NCBI RefSeq assembly: GCF_006345805.1 | Contig: NC_043000.1 | Span: 62,000,001-62,064,000 of the forward strand | DNA: 64,000 nt | Source: Octopus sinensis | Lineage: Eukaryota | Direction of reading: 5' to 3' | Shown here: positions 58,141-64,000 of the stretch, in pieces | How the letters are laid out: each line of letters starts with the position of its first letter | Position numbering within the stretch: the first letter of the stretch is position 1 | Position numbers and translations under genes: made by a program | The notes under the pieces: generated by a model | Told to the model about the DNA's origin: nothing | Seen by the model: the letters and a program-made list of their open reading frames with translations, nothing else | The model's database searches: none

Positions 58141-61100
58141 AGTAATTTACAAACAGGGTGTTACGTCCTTATTACTTGTGTTATCTTTTGTGTGATCGAA
58201 TGAAACCTCAAAAGTAACCTACAAATTTTTTTTTTCACAACAGTTTCTTGAACTCTCTTAAGTCTTCGATACTTTTTATATCTTTCTGCTTATGTTAAAA
58301 ATTAAGTATATCATTGCATTATTCAATGTAAATAGTTTTAATTATGAAATAACGTCTATTTTAAGTAATTTTTATAAATGATTTATAACCTACATTTTTC
58401 ATGTGGCATTCTTATTTTCAGCAGTTTTATTTTTGCTGTCTAATCCTTGGCACACCTGTGATCACTTGTGCTCTAAAGGCATCGATATATCTCACATGAC
58501 TTAAGATGACTTTAGGTATCTGTGGTTGCTATTTCAAGCAATTAGGTGTGATCTTGCTGGAGATTTCAAACCGGGTTTTAAATACGTTTTTTGTAAAACT
58601 TGACGCATTTGAACTCTATTTAATTTTCTTTTACTTTCCCGTGTTTTAGTCTGAAGGAAGTGGATGTTCTCATTATCTTCAACATACCCTCCAGTTAAAT
58701 GCGATTTCATAGTTAATTGTTAAGTGTGTTATTTCCATCACAAAAGTCGTATTTGAGTTTTATGAAATTAGATTTAGCAAGTATGAGTGACTAAAACGCT
58801 TAAAGCCTGTGTGCTAGTATGGCATCAGTCCAAATACTGAGAACAGTAAAAGGATAAAAGAGTATATGAAAATATTTTAAGAGGAATAGGATATGTAATG
58901 AATATTTCAATTGAGAGTGTGTTACTTGTTATGAACTATCTTTTTTTTTATTCTATACCAACTTCATAATTTGATTGGCCATTATTACTGTAATCTAAAC
59001 ACTAATAGGTGACATACGTCTTTGCCTATTGTACAAATACTATGTATACTTCCTACCAATTATCAAATATTATGTGTCCTCGGTTATTATGAGAACCGTT
59101 ACCCTTCAAAAGCATTCAAATAGAAAATATTCAAATATGGCTTAACGTGAACTAGAGATTCCCGTATATTTGCGCAATCTGATGGAAAAAGGAACTAAGT
59201 CTGCTGCAGTGTTTGCTACATTCTATTTGAAAACAAGATGAAACCTTTTATGACTGAAAAGCTATTGAGCAGAGGTTTCCTACATCAGTGGTGGCACGTA
59301 GTTAAACAAAGGTAATAAAAAAACAACAACCACGACGATGCATGGACTTCTTGCTTTCAGGGTTTTTATAATATCAGCGAGTTTCACTTAATATTCCTTC
59401 AGAAAATGAGTAATCCATAGGCAATTTTTCCTACACATATTGTCAGTCTTATTTTGTTCCTATATTTTAAAAATGATTTAAAATTAAGCCAAATTAATCG
59501 ATTTTCGCCAAGCAGAAATTATTGAAAAATATCTAACCATTATTTCAAAAGAAATAACGATTCATAAGCAATATAATTTATATTTGATGTGTTTTGATAA
59601 CCATAGAATAAAACTAAGCATATAATTAAAAATGAAATGATAACTATGAAAATTGAACTGAAGAATGATACAATTCATGACGAAAATTAATTGAACGATC
59701 AATTATTGTACCTATAATTATACAGCTATGTATTAGATATATTAATAATTATCTTTCAGAAAAACATCGTCATATTAAAACTTTATGTTCTGAGTTTTTC
59801 TCGGTCTCACTTTATAACTTTTTAAAAACCCTATAATTTGAAATTCCCGAGAAGAACATTTTTTCTTCTCTTCACCCTATCATATTGTTTTCTCTTAGTT
59901 CTACATCTTTAGTATCATTCACAACCAGATAAACCGATATTATGTTGCTGCATCGAACAAATTATAAAAATCAAGTAATATAATTTTCTTATGAATAACA
60001 TTTTAACAATTCATTGAGAAAAAGTGTGTGAAATAGTTTATCTCGACAATAGTTTTATTATGAAAATAGATCTCGAAATAATACTATTAGAAACTACAAC
60101 GAAAGAAATTATAACGAAATCAAAAGAATGTAAGATATTTTCTCAAAGAAAAATAACTCTTCTTACTTATGAAGAACTACATATCCAAAAGCAATTTAAA
60201 AGCTAGGCTAAGCATATGAGAAACGGTATTAGATATACGAGATTAGTTTATACTTGAAGATTATCATGATTTTGAATAAGATATGAAATTCATTGCCAAA
60301 TGATAAATACATTTTCTTAGTGTATTCACGAAGAGCAATGCTATGGAAATGATGAAGAGCAATGCTATGGAAATGCGATTACATTACAGGCTTAGTTATT
60401 ATAGGAAAGAAGAACTTAATAAGTTCGTAAGGTTATAGATGAAAATGGAATAGTTTTGTCGTAGCTTCTTGTGTACTCGAGAAAACTCATTAAACGAGAG
60501 ATACTTTCTGGATAAGTACTTTCTAGAAATTAATGACAAGTTCAAGGCGTAAGAATGACATTGTTTTGAATTTAGATTAAAGTAATTTCACTTACATTAT
60601 ATTGACAATGCACTTGGGAAATATATGAGACTCAAACCTCACATTACTTTGTGAAATATAGAGCTTCGTTCCAAGGGAAATGATAAAAGAGTTTCAACGT
60701 CTTTGGAAATGATACTTAACAACAGAAATATTTGAGATGTATCCTCTTTTGTTTTTGCAGTGTAAATATTTATGTTATAGTATAAACATTTATACACTTA
60801 TTACTCTAGGGTGGATAACTGTTCATTAAATTGTATGATAGACCAGAGTTCATTATAAATAACAAACCCCGATTACGAAAATTTGATATTTTATTCCATC
60901 ATCTGCTATTCCCTGAGCTTCTTATATTTCTATAGCAAACCACAATACAGTACGAAGAACAGGAAAGTGCAGTTCTCCTTTTGTCCCGTTGTACACAGAA
61001 TACAACGATAGAATTTTTCCCGGAAAGGTAACGATTCTTCCAGCAGGCCGCCTTGATATAAACAAATATTAAAAGCACATAGGCAAATTACTGCAGCAGC

Positions 61101-63559
61101 AATAGCCCTATTACTTACAGACACTGTATGGGATGCACCTCATCAGAGATAAGTGCAGAGCAGCAGCGACAGTTATACTTTGATGGAATTCGTCTTGTTC
61201 ACCTTCGCTGTTACCAACATCAAAATCTATAAGTGTACAGAAATTATAGATCCGACGGTAGAGAATGACATGACCTGTCGACGAACAGCCTCCTCATTAT
61301 ATCTAACACCGTACGTAGGAGTATGTAAAATAACACTGGTAAGATATGAAATCGCAAAGATGGTGTACAAATGTAGGTGTTGTAATATATGTATTATATA
61401 TTATTTGAATTAATAACTAGTGTTGATTTTCACAAGATCCCTCTAAGCCAACTATTGTTTCGTATGCAAAATTCAGTCTTTATAATTCAAAATACTCTAA
61501 TATTCACTCCTACTCATATTGTTATACGATTACTTACGAATTCTCTCATCTCTACTCCGACAAATACGGTGAAGTGTATGCATCACTAAAAATGTTTAGG
61601 AAAATTGAAACATGTGCAGAAACGTACATGTTTACGAAATGATTACGATAATATAAATAATTACATGGAAAAATGCGAGCAAGAGAAATAATATTCTTAA
61701 GATTATAAACATGGAAAATTACAGTATAAGTTATCACACTTGGAAAAGTTATTACGTCTGGTAAAGTACAGAAAAAGAAAATTTTTCCTTAAAATATTGA
61801 AGGTAAGGATAAAATTTCAAATAAAATATTTAGATTTAGAATATATTAGTTTTTATTAAAGCTAAATTATTACAAGTTATTACTCCTGTTTGTTATTTAT
61901 TACTTGTTATTTCTATTAAAAATAAAAAAATAACTTAAAATATATTTTGCACTTTAAAAAAATTCATTTCTTTAATTATTAATAAATAATTAGAAATTCG
62001 AAAATAGTTTATAAAAACAATAGCTGTACATAATTTGTTAGTACAATAAATAGAATAATACATAAAATAATTATATATTACAGTAAAATCTACCTATAAC
62101 AACAAATTTACAGTAAAATTTGGTTGAGTTTTTGCCAAGTCTTCACATTTTTAGTCTTGAACCAATGCCTATTTTTTATGTAATGAATTTACCTACCATA
62201 TATACTATTCTACTTTGCATAAAACTCTAGCTATATTGGTATTTCTGACTCTCATTTTTTAAGTATTCCAATGTGTCAATATTTTAGCAAAATGATGGTA
62301 TCATTTTTTAATTATAATGTAACTTTGTAAATCAAAATCAAATAATTTTTAATATTCAAATTTTATCCTTAGCTGCAATATTTAAATTAAAACTTTTCTT
62401 GTTCTATACTTTACTAGATATAATAAGTTACCCTGAATTTTTCCTAGTGTAATAACTTGTACTGTAATCTTCCAGGTTTATAATCTTAAGAATATTATTT
62501 ATCTTGCTCGCATTTTTCCATGTAATCCACATATTTTTCCAGGCTATGTTATTATGCTAATTAATAATGCGTCAAATGCGTCAATTAACGGTGTCGTTCA
62601 TAATTTTTTCCTTACCGCAATGACGCCATTGACATTTATCAAAAGTCCCTTTATAGAACAATGTTCATAAAAAAGTAGAGAACTACATTATCACCCTCAA
62701 ATTTGTGAAACAAACACTTATAACCTTTTTTTAAAACTTCATTGCGCGAGATTGATACCATGGTATTCCTCGAATTGAACTCTATCATTTAAACTTAATT
62801 AAAATATAGTTTATTTTAAAATAGAAAAGTTAAATATACTTAAATCCAATTTCTTGCCATATATATTTTTTTCATATTTTACCGCACAACTTTTTAGATA
62901 CAAAGTTTTGATGCATGGCAACAAAACTATGAATTTTTTCATGCTTTCTTCTATCATTGAAGCTAAGATAAATATATTTTGCTTTTAATATTAAAAGCGT
63001 TATTTAGATCTAAACTTGATTGGTGGCGGTACTTACTCTCTTATAAAGTTGCTACAAATTTTAATGTAAACATTTTTCTACTCGATCAAATCTCAATCTT
63101 TTATACCAATATGTAGCTAGAAACGAGTCCTCTTCAAAATGTTAATAGCTGTCAATTTGATCAAAAACTTAATTAGCAAAACTCTCAGCAATATGCTTCA
63201 TATGAGTAAATGGTGGCCTTAAGGATATCATTCAACTACTACCGTACTTGAATAATGAAACTAATGTTTTCCCTTACCTTACCACTGATTGATATGTACC
63301 AACACTAGGAGACCTACAAATGTTAACTTTATTTCAAATTTTCCCAATATACAAACATATATACTATTCTGCTAAAATTGTAAGAAGTAAATGCAAGTGA
63401 GAGGGATCAGTTTTCTCAATTTATTCCTGTATCCATCACAACTTCTCACCATCCATCCAACCATCCATCCAACCATCCATCCTCTCCGCCCTCTATTTCT
63501 GAGATGGCTGTGGGTGTAGAGGCCTTAGACATTTTTTATATTGTGTTGGATCAAGTGCA

Positions 63560-63800
63560 ACCGCCACTATACTTTCCGGCTAGATTCCCAAGAGCGATCA
63601 ACTGATACTAGGGATATTATCCAACCAGACCATCTCGTTCTTAATCTACCTCTATATCTCCTGCCAGTTGGATCGGCTTGAAACATACTTCTTGAGATTC
63701 CTTTCTGCAACATTCTAACACCCTACTCTCCGAGGTAAGCACCCTCTCGAGTAACGTTATTCCGCAGAGAGATCCTTCAGAGGAACCCCATTTTGGTTAT
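63560..63800 (-). mobile_element. RTE-clade (Rex3/Expander-like) LINE 3' fragment
   Basis: YLGE*GVRMLQKGISRSMFQADPTGRRYRGRLRTRW resembles the GHxxRM...PTGRRPRGRPRTRW C-terminus of RTE ORFs. Confidence 0.6.
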
Positions 63801-64000
63801 CAATATCCGTCATCGTACACAATCGATCATTTCTCTACAGTTATGACCATATATGACGATAGGTACGAAAACTGAAATGAAAATAGCAAGTTAAACTTTT
63901 CTTCACCATCTCTTTTAATGACCCAATGCTGAAGCTAGCGCTTTACTTTGCCAGCACTGTAATTCTGGTTTCAAATTTATGCTTCTTTTCATATTCCCCA

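Noticed and set aside
60330-60375. 22-bp tandem duplication (period 24)
   Set aside because: An ordinary local slippage duplication with no further structure.

Overview
AT-rich, microsatellite-dense eukaryotic DNA. The SINEs look like abundant octopus/cephalopod repeats (recognised from memory, not from a search). No host protein-coding gene can be identified with confidence: nearly all ORFs in the track are microsatellite read-through or decayed transposon fragments. The window holds several R4/Dong-type (RLE) LINEs, two RTE LINE fragments, mariner relics, Tigger- and hAT-type MITEs, and three tRNA-type SINE families. The main finding is a set of unrelated non-coding elements carrying type-I hammerhead ribozyme (HHR) folds and abutting (TA)n arrays. 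They are a ~479-bp x4.45 tandem array with an inverted 5' segment (42.3-44.8 kb, five HHRs), a 438-bp x1.36 unit with an inverted 5' segment (54.5-55.3 kb), a 580-bp x1.25 unit (23.4-24.1 kb) and a decayed copy (40.0-40.3 kb). A tRNA-headed SINE fused to an HHR lies at 56.5-56.7 kb. Together these look like Penelope-dependent non-autonomous 'retrozymes' copied from circular or multimeric RNA. A parallel system, R4/Dong LINEs and a 555-bp non-coding element, sits in (TAA)n arrays.
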